Under the pieces are notes generated by a model. It saw nothing but the letters and a program-made list of their open reading frames with translations, did not search any database and was not told where the DNA came from. Positions 25,841 through 34,839 of a stretch of DNA of 57,206 nt are shown one piece after another. This stretch comes from Candidatus Yonathbacteria bacterium RIFCSPLOWO2_01_FULL_43_27 (GTDB lineage: Bacteria > Patescibacteriota > Minisyncoccia > Phycocordibacterales > UBA1550), in NCBI GenBank assembly GCA_001823545.1, contig MHUV01000002.1, forward strand, positions 1 through 57,206, read 5' to 3'. Both the position numbers and the translations under genes were made by a program. Numbering within the stretch: the first letter of the stretch is position 1; the number at the start of each line of letters is the position of its first letter.

Positions 25841-28315
25841 ATGGCACGAAAAGAAGGACAATCAAAATCCGCAGGAGAGGCTCCTCTCGATGCGGAACGG
25901 GTTTCTATTGTACCCATGGACATTAGTAAAGAGATGCGAGATTCGTATCTTGACTATGCTATGTCCGTTATTACCTCACGCGCCCTCCCTGATGCACGTG
26001 ATGGATTAAAGCCAGTACATCGTCGCATTCTTTTTTCTATGCACGAGATGGGGCTCACGGCTTCGGCAAAGTTTCGTAAATCAGCTGCTGTCGTTGGAGA
26101 TGTGTTGGGAAAGTATCACCCGCACGGCGATTCTTCGGTGTACGATGCTATGGTTAAACTCGCACAGGAGTTTGCCACACGCTACCCATTGGTTATTGGG
26201 CAAGGAAACTTTGGCAGTATCGACGGAGATTCTCCCGCAGCAATGCGTTACACCGAGGCAAAAATGTCGCGCGTCTCAGCAGAACTGTTGCGTGACCTTG
26301 AAAAAGAAACCGTAGACTTTCGTCCAAACTATGACGGTACCCGCAAAGAACCCGTAGTATTTCCTTCTTCGGTGCCAAACCTTCTCTTGAACGGTACCCT
26401 TGGTATTGCTGTTGGTATGGCGACCAACATTCCGCCTCATAATTTGGGTGAGCTTGTGGATGCAACTATTCACCTCATTGATGAACCTCAAGCAACCTCA
26501 GAAGATCTCCTTGCGTATGTAAAAGGTCCAGACTTTCCTACGGGTGGTATTGTGTTTGGGGAAAAAGATATGCATCATGCGTATACGACGGGTCGTGGTG
26601 GCGTGGTGGTCCGTGGAGAAGCAGAGATTATTGACGAAAAGAACACAAGTCAGATTATCATTACGTCACTCCCATATCGCGTTAACAAAGCAGAGCTCAT
26701 TGTTAAGATTGCGGATCTTGTTCGTGAAAAAAAGCTCGAGGGTATCAGAGGGTTGCGTGATGAATCCACCAGAGACATCCGCGTTGTCATCGATCTGAAA
26801 AACGGAGCATACCCGCAGGCGGTGTTAAATTTCCTCTATAAGCACACCGATCTTGAAAATTCGTTTCACTATAATATGGTGGCGCTCGTGGATGGTGTTC
26901 CTCAGACACTTTCACTCAAAGGACTTCTCTCAACCTTTATTGGGCATCGTCAGGTGGTGGTGCGTCGACGCACGGAGTATGATCTTCGTAAAGCAGAAGA
27001 GCGCGAGCATATTTTGCTTGGTCTTAAGAAGGCACTCGACCATATCGATCGCGTTATTACCATCATTCGTGGTTCAAAAGATACCGTTACCGCAAAAGTA
27101 AATTTGATAAAAGAATTCAAATTCTCTGATATTCAGGCAGTCGCCATTTTGGAGATGAGACTTCAGAAGCTCGCAGGACTTGAACGCAAAAATGTAGAAC
27201 TTGAGCTCAAGGAAAAACAAGAATTCATCAAGGAATGCAAAGAACTTCTTGCAAGTCCTAAGAAAATTTTGACTATTGTTAAAAAGGAGCTCGGGGAAGT
27301 GAAGGAAAAATATGGTGATGCACGCAAAAGTCGCGTAGTGAAGCATGGCGCGCAATCTATTTCCTTAGAAGATATGATTCCTGACGAGGAGTCGATGCTC
27401 GTGTATACAAAGGGCGGATACGTCAAACGAACGAATCCTTCTGAATACCGCAAACAAAATCGTGGTGGGGTAGGTGTCGTCGATCTCAATACCAAAGACG
27501 AGGATTTCATCACGCTCTTTATGTCAGCAACGACACATAGCGATATGCTCTTTTTCTCGGATCGTGGCAAGGCATACCAAATCAAGATGTACGATATTCC
27601 CGAAGGTAAGCGTGCTACCCGTGGCAAGTCTATTATGAACTTCATTGCGCTTTCTGGCGAAGAGAAAGTAACTTCAATTCTTGCAATGCCAAAGAGTGTA
27701 AAAGAAGGCAAACTTGCACTGTTTATGGTAACCAAGCAGGGAACTATCAAGAAAAGTTCCGCGGAAAGTTTCAAGGACGTACGCAGAAGCGGTATTATTT
27801 CAATCAAACTCGATCAGGGAGACGAACTTCTTGCTGCGCTCTTTACGGAAAAGGGTGATGATATTATTTTGACGACCGCAAAAGGTCAGGCTATTCGTTT
27901 TAAAGAATCTGATGTTCGCGAAATGGGACGCACGGCAGGTGGCGTACGCGGTATGAAGCTTGGTAAGAATGATTTCATTATCGGTGCTGATGTGGTAAAG
28001 AAAGACGCGGAAAAACCAGAACTTTTGGTTATGAGTGAAAATGGTTACGGCAAGAAAACCGCCATTAAGGAATATAAAATACAGAAACGTGGTGGTTCAG
28101 GTATTAAAACAGCAAAGATTACGGCAAAAATTGGTGCGCTTATGACGGCAAAGGTAGTAACCCCCGCATACGAAGAACTCGTTGCTATCTCTAAAAAAGC
28201 ACAGGTGATTCGCATTGATATTAAGGATGTGCCGACACTCGGTCGTGACACACAGGGTGTACGTATTATGAAATTATACGAAGGAGACGGTATTGCATCG
28301 CTCACGTGTTTGTAG
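25841..28315 (+). CDS. gyrA: DNA gyrase subunit A
   Basis: [26 protein letters not shown] has the active-site Tyr region. The QRDR-like segment and C-terminal beta-pinwheel repeats are present. Confidence 0.97.
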   Translation: MARKEGQSKSAGEAPLDAERVSIVPMDISKEMRDSYLDYAMSVITSRALPDARDGLKPVHRRILFSMHEMGLTASAKFRKSAAVVGDVLGKYHPHGDSSVYDAMVKLAQEFATRYPLVIGQGNFGSIDGDSPAAMRYTEAKMSRVSAELLRDLEKETVDFRPNYDGTRKEPVVFPSSVPNLLLNGTLGIAVGMATNIPPHNLGELVDATIHLIDEPQATSEDLLAYVKGPDFPTGGIVFGEKDMHHAYTTGRGGVVVRGEAEIIDEKNTSQIIITSLPYRVNKAELIVKIADLVREKKLEGIRGLRDESTRDIRVVIDLKNGAYPQAVLNFLYKHTDLENSFHYNMVALVDGVPQTLSLKGLLSTFIGHRQVVVRRRTEYDLRKAEEREHILLGLKKALDHIDRVITIIRGSKDTVTAKVNLIKEFKFSDIQAVAILEMRLQKLAGLERKNVELELKEKQEFIKECKELLASPKKILTIVKKELGEVKEKYGDARKSRVVKHGAQSISLEDMIPDEESMLVYTKGGYVKRTNPSEYRKQNRGGVGVVDLNTKDEDFITLFMSATTHSDMLFFSDRGKAYQIKMYDIPEGKRATRGKSIMNFIALSGEEKVTSILAMPKSVKEGKLALFMVTKQGTIKKSSAESFKDVRRSGIISIKLDQGDELLAALFTEKGDDIILTTAKGQAIRFKESDVREMGRTAGGVRGMKLGKNDFIIGADVVKKDAEKPELLVMSENGYGKKTAIKEYKIQKRGGSGIKTAKITAKIGALMTAKVVTPAYEELVAISKKAQVIRIDIKDVPTLGRDTQGVRIMKLYEGDGIASLTCL

Positions 28316-28333
28316 GGTCCCCACTTTGATATT

Positions 28334-29203
28334 ATGAAGAATCCTAATTTTAACAATGAAGGTTATGAGTCACTCAAAGTATCTGAAGTAGAGAATATTA
28401 CAAAAGTCGAATGGGAGAACATTAAGATTTTTCGAGTTCGTCATGGCGATACTCTATACAAGGAGCAATTGGGCGGTCTCAGTGAAGGTGTAATTGATCT
28501 TACAGAAAAAGGGATTCAGCAATTAGAAGATGCAGCTGATAAGATCGCTGAAAGGCTGGATAAGAAGACGGATGTTATTTCCATTATTTCAAGTCCTCGG
28601 CAAAGAACTAAAGACTCTGCTGGTATTATTAAGCGCGTTCTGACAGAGAGAGGATTTAGTGTTTGGGAGGATCCGAAAGCACGAGTAGAGCAAGATAGAA
28701 TTAGGAGCACTGATCTGTTTAATTCTGATGATGAAGTAATCCATGTTAGCGATCCTGAGTATGTTGAAGGCTGGTCAAAAATAGCCACAGATATGTCTCA
28801 GAAATTACAGCCAGGAGAGACAGGCGTTCAACTCTGGAAGCGAGGAGCCATTCCTTCTACTGAGAAAGCTGAAGATGTTAGTAATCGTTCCCGAGATCAG
28901 TTGACTTTTTTGACTCGAATAGCGCGACAGATACAACCTAAACTTGATAAGCATATTATTATTGTTCAAGTGGAGCACGAGGAGACTATGGATGATTTGT
29001 TAGAGTTTGCAAGTGAGGGGAAGTTGGGAATTGCGGCTGGTAATGGAGTGGAGAAAGGTGAAGTTATTGAACTTGATATACCTGTAAAAGGTAATGACAT
29101 CGTGGTCACCCCCATTTCAAGAGGTCTAGAGCCAACTACTGTTACGGTGGAGTTTGATCATTTAAAGCGCAAATTTAGAAGTAAAAAACATGAAATTGAA
29201 TGA
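28334..29203 (+). CDS. Histidine phosphatase superfamily (PGAM-like) N-terminal domain protein with a long C-terminal extension
   Basis: FRVRHGDT (the RHG catalytic motif) and SSPRQRTKDSA (equivalent to SSPLxRAxxTA). The remainder is unassigned. Confidence 0.5.
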   Translation: MKNPNFNNEGYESLKVSEVENITKVEWENIKIFRVRHGDTLYKEQLGGLSEGVIDLTEKGIQQLEDAADKIAERLDKKTDVISIISSPRQRTKDSAGIIKRVLTERGFSVWEDPKARVEQDRIRSTDLFNSDDEVIHVSDPEYVEGWSKIATDMSQKLQPGETGVQLWKRGAIPSTEKAEDVSNRSRDQLTFLTRIARQIQPKLDKHIIIVQVEHEETMDDLLEFASEGKLGIAAGNGVEKGEVIELDIPVKGNDIVVTPISRGLEPTTVTVEFDHLKRKFRSKKHEIE

Positions 29204-30206
29204 ACAAATCTATAGTTATTTCTCTGTAAAAAAGGAATCAGATGACGATTTCTTTATTAGTCTCCCTCCACTTCAAGAAGTTAAGGAAATCGGGAAAGGA
29301 TTGCAAAACGTAAATTACGAGCTACTCTTTGAGGGTAACTTAAAATATATTCTTCGCTTCAATACATGGAAAGGAGAAGATGTATACGGAGAAGTAGTTA
29401 GTATAAGAGATGAATTTGAAATATTAAAAGCATTAGAGTCATACTGCATAGCCCCAAAAGTTTTTTACTGTGATACTACGCGAAAAGCTTTGCCGTTCGA
29501 CTTTCTCATAGAGGAGTATTTATATAATGACGGAGAAAAAACTATTGAAGATTTTGAGAACTCTGTGAAGGTCGTTAAAAAAATACATAGTCTTACGCTG
29601 GATGATAAGGCACGGAAATTATTCAAAAGGAGTCCAGATGCCCCCCATAAAATTAATCGATATAAAAGATGGCAAGAAATAATTTTAAACGAGAGTGGTG
29701 ATCCTTTGGCTTTGTTGCTTGAGACGAATAAAGAGGTTTATTTTAAGTATGTTAATGAGCACGCATCTCTCTTAGAGGGGGACACCCCACTTCATTGCGA
29801 CTTATTTCCAGAGAACTTTCTTCATTATAATAATTCTTGGTTCTTAATTGACTGGCAAACCCCAGGGTTGGGTAATAAATATTGGGACATAGCTTTTCTT
29901 TTATGGAATTTTTCCTATCAATTTAGCTTGGGACGAGAATTGACGAACGAGGAAGAAAAGAAAATCATTAGCGCTTATTTTGAAGATGAAGGTGATCAAA
30001 AAGTCGCGCTACAAGAAATTAAAAAGTTATTACCAATTTTATATATTGACCTTTTTCAATTTTTACTTTACAAAAGTGTAGTCTTCAAGAGAGAGAAGCT
30101 CCCACTCTGGCTAAGGGATTTCCTTCAAAAACGACTCGAGGTGGCAAAAGACTTAATTTTAAAAGAAAAAACAGTTTCATACTGGTTTTTGCAGATGAAA
30201 CGCTGA
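29190..30206 (+). CDS. APH/choline-kinase-like phosphotransferase family protein
   Basis: The Brenner motif HCDLFPENFL (HxDxxxxN) and IDWQ (the D[FW]E metal-binding motif). It overlaps the upstream gene by 14 nt. Confidence 0.6.
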   Translation: MKLNEQIYSYFSVKKESDDDFFISLPPLQEVKEIGKGLQNVNYELLFEGNLKYILRFNTWKGEDVYGEVVSIRDEFEILKALESYCIAPKVFYCDTTRKALPFDFLIEEYLYNDGEKTIEDFENSVKVVKKIHSLTLDDKARKLFKRSPDAPHKINRYKRWQEIILNESGDPLALLLETNKEVYFKYVNEHASLLEGDTPLHCDLFPENFLHYNNSWFLIDWQTPGLGNKYWDIAFLLWNFSYQFSLGRELTNEEEKKIISAYFEDEGDQKVALQEIKKLLPILYIDLFQFLLYKSVVFKREKLPLWLRDFLQKRLEVAKDLILKEKTVSYWFLQMKR

Positions 30207-30329
30207 TTCGTAAGAAATTGATAGATCTTTTTCTTAAAAACAACTTACAAAACAAGAGTATCCTTATATAGGGTCATCTTTTTTTGATTGCGATGACATG
30301 AGTACTACGGTATACTGTAGTTACATAAT

Positions 30330-30869
30330 ATGAACGTAGAAAATTTTGCTAACCCGGAAGTAAACATTCGAGAGCTTGGTGTGTACGAAGGACAGGTTGC
30401 TGTCGATTTTGGCGCAGGGACTGGTACGTACACAATGTTGCTTGCTGAACGTGTAGGGGAGGGTGGTCGTGTGATAGCGGTTGAAGTGCAAAAAGAATTT
30501 CTTACAAATATCAAAAATGACGCTACGGCGCGCGGGTTCAAAAATATCGAAGTTATTTGGGGCGACATTGAACGTTCTCAAGGAACAAAAATTAAGGACG
30601 CTATTGCAGATGTAGCCGTTGTTTCTAACGTGCTTTTTCAAGCAGAGGATAAGGAGGGGCTTGTTCGTGAGGTAAAGCGTGTTTTAAAAACTCAAGGGAA
30701 GCTATTATTGATAGATTGGAAGGAATCTTTTGGTAACCTTGGTCCCACAGCAGACGCTGTTGTTTCAGAACGCACCGCCCTTGAGTTGTGTGAGCGCGAA
30801 GGATTTGTGGTGAAAAAAACATTTGCTGCCGGCGAGCATCATTATGGGATAGTGCTATATAAATCATAA
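30330..30869 (+). CDS. Class I SAM-dependent methyltransferase
   Basis: VAVDFGAGTGTYTMLLAERVGEGGRVIAVEV (motif I and post-I) and VVSNVLFQAE. Confidence 0.75.
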   Translation: MNVENFANPEVNIRELGVYEGQVAVDFGAGTGTYTMLLAERVGEGGRVIAVEVQKEFLTNIKNDATARGFKNIEVIWGDIERSQGTKIKDAIADVAVVSNVLFQAEDKEGLVREVKRVLKTQGKLLLIDWKESFGNLGPTADAVVSERTALELCEREGFVVKKTFAAGEHHYGIVLYKS

Positions 30870-30878
30870 GTTTAAGAT

Positions 30879-32192
30879 ATGAAATCTCCTAAATTATTTC
30901 AAATCGTGCTCATTGGTATTTTTGTAGTGTTCCTCGGTATTGGCATGCTTGCGTTTTCAGGTTATTTACCTACCCCAAGCGACCCGAAGGATGTTAACTA
31001 TGGTGAGGTGACCATGTGGGGCGTTTTACCATCGAGTGTCATGGATCCGCTCCTTTCATCGACGGGTCCAATTCGTAATGAAAAAATTATTATCAAATAT
31101 GTAGAAAAGAAAAAAGAAACGCTTGATCAGGAATTCATCGAAGCGCTTGCAAGAGGAGAGGGTCCTGACCTTATAGTACTTCCGCATTATAGTGTTGCGA
31201 AAAATCTCGACAAACTTACTATTATTCCGTTTGAGTCAGTGACGGAAAATTATTTTAAAAATACTTTTCTTGAGGAAGGAGAATTGTTCCTTCAGTCCAA
31301 GGGTACCGTAGCGCTTCCTTTTGTCATTGATCCAATTGTGATGTATTGGAATCGAGATATCTTTACGAACCTCTCTATCGTTACCCCTCCTACGAAATGG
31401 AAAGAATTTTATACCCTCGCGCCACGCGTTACCGTGCGTGATACCTCAGGAAACATTAAACAGAGTTTCGTGTCGTTTGGTGAGTACACTAATGTAAACA
31501 ATGCAAAAGATATTTTATCAATGCTCGTTTTACAATCGGGGAGCAAGATTGTTGAAGGTAATGAAGATTATATTTATTCTACGATTGGAAGATCGTCGAG
31601 CTCTGATGTTCCTCCTCCTGCGATGGGGGCAGTGCGCTTCTTTATGGAATTTTCTAAGCCAGATAAGGATTCATACTCTTGGAACCGTTCACTTCCAAAT
31701 TCACGCCGAATGTTTGAGGCGGGTAATCTTGCACTCTATTTTGGATATGCGAGTGAGTATGTGCCTATCGCACAAAAAAATCCCCACCTCAATTTCAGTG
31801 TAGCGGTGGTGCCTCAAGCAGAACAAACGACAGTAAAGAGTACTTTTGGAAAAATGGATGGCCTTGCGGTAGTGAAGGCGGGGAAGAACCAAAGTGGTGC
31901 ACTGTATGCTGCGCTCCTTCTTTCGCGCGCTGATGTACAGCAGGCTCTTGCGGAGAACATAAAACTTCCCCCTGTGCGCCGTGATCTTGTTTCTGTTCGT
32001 CCAAATGACGCCGTATCAGTTGCGTTTTATGATTCTGCGATCATTGCGCGAGGTTGGCGTGACCCATCACCAAAAGAAACTGACCAGATTTTCCGTGCGA
32101 TGGTCGAGGGTATTAGCTCAGGGAAGGTGCAAATTACCGAGGCACTCACCCTTGCACAGGGCGGTATCGATAAACTTTTACAGGGTAGGTAG
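30879..32192 (+). CDS. Extracellular solute-binding protein, family-1-like (orphan; no permease or ATPase adjacent), N-terminally anchored
   Basis: PFVIDPIVMYWNRDIFTNLSIVTPPTKWKEF aligns with the P....LyYNkDlf...G...PPkTWdEl region of SBP family 1. It has an N-terminal TM helix. Confidence 0.55.
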   Translation: MKSPKLFQIVLIGIFVVFLGIGMLAFSGYLPTPSDPKDVNYGEVTMWGVLPSSVMDPLLSSTGPIRNEKIIIKYVEKKKETLDQEFIEALARGEGPDLIVLPHYSVAKNLDKLTIIPFESVTENYFKNTFLEEGELFLQSKGTVALPFVIDPIVMYWNRDIFTNLSIVTPPTKWKEFYTLAPRVTVRDTSGNIKQSFVSFGEYTNVNNAKDILSMLVLQSGSKIVEGNEDYIYSTIGRSSSSDVPPPAMGAVRFFMEFSKPDKDSYSWNRSLPNSRRMFEAGNLALYFGYASEYVPIAQKNPHLNFSVAVVPQAEQTTVKSTFGKMDGLAVVKAGKNQSGALYAALLLSRADVQQALAENIKLPPVRRDLVSVRPNDAVSVAFYDSAIIARGWRDPSPKETDQIFRAMVEGISSGKVQITEALTLAQGGIDKLLQGR

Positions 32193-32209
32193 TACAGATC
32201 ATCATTGAT

Positions 32210-32590
32210 ATGAATAATATTTTACGAAAAACAGGAGGGGTAGTGCTTGCGAGTGGGATACTTGCTCTACCGTTGTTATCAATAGGTGCGAGTGATTTGA
32301 TTGTTTGTGGGGGTCTCGATTGTGGTTTTTATGATTTAATTAAATTGGCAAACGCTATCGTTAAGTTTCTTTTTATTGACATAGCAATTCCTCTCGTGGC
32401 GTTGGGGATTATGTATGCGGGTGCACGACTCATTATTTTTCAAAATAAAGAAAAGGAAAAAACAGCAGCAAAAGAAATGCTCACGAATATTGGATATGGT
32501 TTCGCGCTTATGCTCGGGGTATTTGTACTCGTAAAGTTTGTCCTCGCTCAGTTCCTTTCAGAGGGATTCACTACATTCCTCCTTGAATAG
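32210..32590 (+). CDS. Putative VirB2/TrbC-like pilin paralog 1
   Basis: Signal-peptide-like N-terminus, a hydrophobic helix, a charged loop (QNKEKEKTAAKEM) and a second hydrophobic helix. It is paralogous to the next four genes. Confidence 0.45.
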   Translation: MNNILRKTGGVVLASGILALPLLSIGASDLIVCGGLDCGFYDLIKLANAIVKFLFIDIAIPLVALGIMYAGARLIIFQNKEKEKTAAKEMLTNIGYGFALMLGVFVLVKFVLAQFLSEGFTTFLLE

Positions 32591-32623
32591 GAGTAGGGGC
32601 AGGGTGTATACTATTTATATTAT

Positions 32624-32959
32624 ATGAAAAAAATATTAGTGTCGCTAATTACCTTTTGTGCCGTGAGCGTTCCTGGTTCATTCGTTTTTGCTGAGGTGCT
32701 CAAAAATCCTATTAAGTACAACACATTTTCAGCGTTTGTTGCAGCAGTAACCAAGACGGCAGTTCAGGTTCTCATGCCGTTTGTTGTACTCGCATTTATT
32801 TATGCTGGGTTTTTGTTTGTGAAAGCGCAAGGAAATGATAAGACGTTAGGCGAAGCCAAGAAAGCGATGACATGGAGCGTGGTCGGAGCCCTCATTCTTT
32901 TTGGTGCATGGGGTTTTGCAGAGATGATTGGCAAAACTGTTGAGACATTTACTAAGTAA
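32624..32959 (+). CDS. Putative VirB2/TrbC-like pilin paralog 2
   Basis: MKKILVSLITFCAVSVPGSFVFA signal peptide. Helix, then loop KAQGNDKTLGEAKKAM, then helix WSVVGALILFGAWGFAEMIGKTV. Confidence 0.45.
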   Translation: MKKILVSLITFCAVSVPGSFVFAEVLKNPIKYNTFSAFVAAVTKTAVQVLMPFVVLAFIYAGFLFVKAQGNDKTLGEAKKAMTWSVVGALILFGAWGFAEMIGKTVETFTK

Positions 32960-32973
32960 CCTCATTATACTTT

Positions 32974-33396
32974 ATGAACATTGCTAAAAAAGTTTTTTCG
33001 ATAAGTTTAGTTGGGGTTCCTTCCGTTACTCTTGCGGCAGTGAATATTGGTACGCTTGATTTTAAAGGTCTTGTTGCGTATGTTCTTGAGGATTTTATTA
33101 AACCGATAACGGTAGTTATTCTTTCTTTGGCGGTAGTATATTTTCTTTGGAATATTTTTAATATAATTCGTGCGAGTAAAAAAGGGGAGGAACTTGCTGA
33201 CCTTAAAAGTAAAGCGTTGTGGGGGGTTATCGCTATTTTTGTAATGGTATCAATGTGGGGGCTCGTGAGTATTTTGGTAAACACACTTGCGCCAGGGGCA
33301 GGTATCCCTGTGGGGGGTGGTCCGGCAAACATTAACTTTAGTGGTTTTGATAATGAGGGTACGAGTACAGGAGGGGTTAAAAATTTTTTGAAGTAA
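32974..33396 (+). CDS. Putative VirB2/TrbC-like pilin paralog 3 (Gly-rich C-terminal tail)
   Basis: Signal peptide. Helix, then loop RASKKGEELADLKSKA, then helix LWGVIAIFVMVSMWGLVSILVNTLAPG. Confidence 0.45.
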   Translation: MNIAKKVFSISLVGVPSVTLAAVNIGTLDFKGLVAYVLEDFIKPITVVILSLAVVYFLWNIFNIIRASKKGEELADLKSKALWGVIAIFVMVSMWGLVSILVNTLAPGAGIPVGGGPANINFSGFDNEGTSTGGVKNFLK

Positions 33397-33493
33397 CTAT
33401 ACGGAGTCCTTGCCCTTTCGGGGTGGGTTTTATATAATTACCTAAAGACAAAATTAACGTCTGAATAATTATTAGTTAATAGTTTATACATAT

Positions 33494-33838
33494 ATGAAAA
33501 AAGTTATTGCACTTGGTTTAGCGCTTGCTCCTTCGTTTGCTTTTGCGGCAATTACAGACGTAAATAGCATTCTTAGTTTTGCTATGTCGCTCTTGAACTC
33601 AGCTACGGTGCTTATTATGGCGGCAGCGGTAGTATGGTTTCTTATTGGCGTGTTCCAGTTTATCAAAGCTGCGGGTGACGCAGCAGGAAAATCTGAGGGA
33701 CGTAACAAAATAATCTACGGTATCGTTGGTCTTGCTGTGATGGCTTCGGTATATGGTCTCGTAAATATTTTGGTTAACACCGTAGGTCCTGACAATAGAC
33801 CGATTACCCCACCTTCACTCCCCATACTTCCTCGATAA
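33494..33838 (+). CDS. Putative VirB2/TrbC-like pilin paralog 4
   Basis: MKKVIALGLALAPSFAFA signal peptide. Helix, then loop KAAGDAAGKSEGRNK, then helix IIYGIVGLAVMASVYGLVNILVNTVGPD. Confidence 0.45.
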   Translation: MKKVIALGLALAPSFAFAAITDVNSILSFAMSLLNSATVLIMAAAVVWFLIGVFQFIKAAGDAAGKSEGRNKIIYGIVGLAVMASVYGLVNILVNTVGPDNRPITPPSLPILPR

Positions 33839-33867
33839 TAGGTATTCTAAATAAATAATTTTTTACT

Positions 33868-34113
33868 GTGGACATTATTGAAAAAATCCAATCTGAAATC
33901 CTTGATCCCATCATCGTACTCCTTTTTGGTGTTGCTGTTGTTTATTTCCTGTATGGACTTTTAAAGTTTATACAGAATGCAGACAACGAAACTGCACAAA
34001 AGGAGGGTAGACAACATATGTTGTGGGGGGTAATCGGTATTTTCTTTATGATTGCGGTGTATGGAATATTGAATTTTGCTGCTAACGTTGTTGGCGCGCC
34101 ACGACCGTACTAG
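33868..34113 (+). CDS. Putative VirB2/TrbC-like pilin paralog 5 (no signal peptide, shortest)
   Basis: Helix, then loop QNADNETAQKEGRQH, then helix MLWGVIGIFFMIAVYGILNFAANVVGAP. Confidence 0.4.
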   Translation: MDIIEKIQSEILDPIIVLLFGVAVVYFLYGLLKFIQNADNETAQKEGRQHMLWGVIGIFFMIAVYGILNFAANVVGAPRPY

Positions 34114-34127
34114 AGAACGTTAGTGAG

Positions 34128-34179
34128 CTACAAACATAAAAGCGAGAATTCGTTAGAATTCTCGCTTTTATGTTTGTAG
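34128..34179. terminator. Long perfect-palindrome bidirectional terminator between the pilin array and tmk
   Basis: CTACAAACATAAAAGCGAGAATTC-gtta-GAATTCTCGCTTTTATGTTTGTAG (24-bp arms). Confidence 0.8.
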
Positions 34180-34184
34180 CGTCA

Positions 34185-34823
34185 TTATTTCCATCCACAA
34201 AGTTCACTTATAGCCTGGTACACTTCTTCATGAATTTCTTTAGGGTCACGATCTCCGCTAATGAGTAGAGTTTCATTCGGTAATTTTTCGGCGAAGGTTC
34301 TAAACCCCGCACGTGCGCGTTCGAAAAATTCAATAGGTTCTACGTCAAACAATGAGCGGGTACGCACCGCATCAGTGTTTACACGACGCTTTGCTTCAAC
34401 TGCAGATACGTCAAAGATGAGGTACAGAACGGGGTGATATTCCCCAAAAATATTATTGCGAATTTCCCAAAATAAATTTTCAAGTTCAAATCGTTGTTTC
34501 GTATGAATCTGGTATGCAAACAATGAAGAGTCTCCGCGTTCAGAAATTACGGGTGTTCCTTCTTTGAGGTTGGGAAGCGCGACTTCTTCGAGCCAGTGTG
34601 AGTGCGCCGCGGACAAGAGGAGAAACTGTGTACGTGCACTTGCTTGAACACCTTCGGGGGTAGAAAAAATCTGCCTAATTTTTTCTGAAAGGGGAGATCC
34701 GCCGGGTTCGCGGGTAAAGCAAATTTTATGCTCATCTTTCAAGCGTTCTTTAAGAAGTGCAGCTTGGGTGCTTTTCCCTGAACCATCAATGCCGTCAAAA
34801 ATAATAAGTGGTGTTTTTTTCAT
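34185..34823 (-). CDS. tmk: Thymidylate kinase
   Basis: IIFDGIDGSGKSTQAALLKERL P-loop and dTMP kinase family layout. Confidence 0.9.
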   Translation of the reverse strand: MKKTPLIIFDGIDGSGKSTQAALLKERLKDEHKICFTREPGGSPLSEKIRQIFSTPEGVQASARTQFLLLSAAHSHWLEEVALPNLKEGTPVISERGDSSLFAYQIHTKQRFELENLFWEIRNNIFGEYHPVLYLIFDVSAVEAKRRVNTDAVRTRSLFDVEPIEFFERARAGFRTFAEKLPNETLLISGDRDPKEIHEEVYQAISELCGWK

Positions 34824-34839
34824 AATGGTTATTATAACA

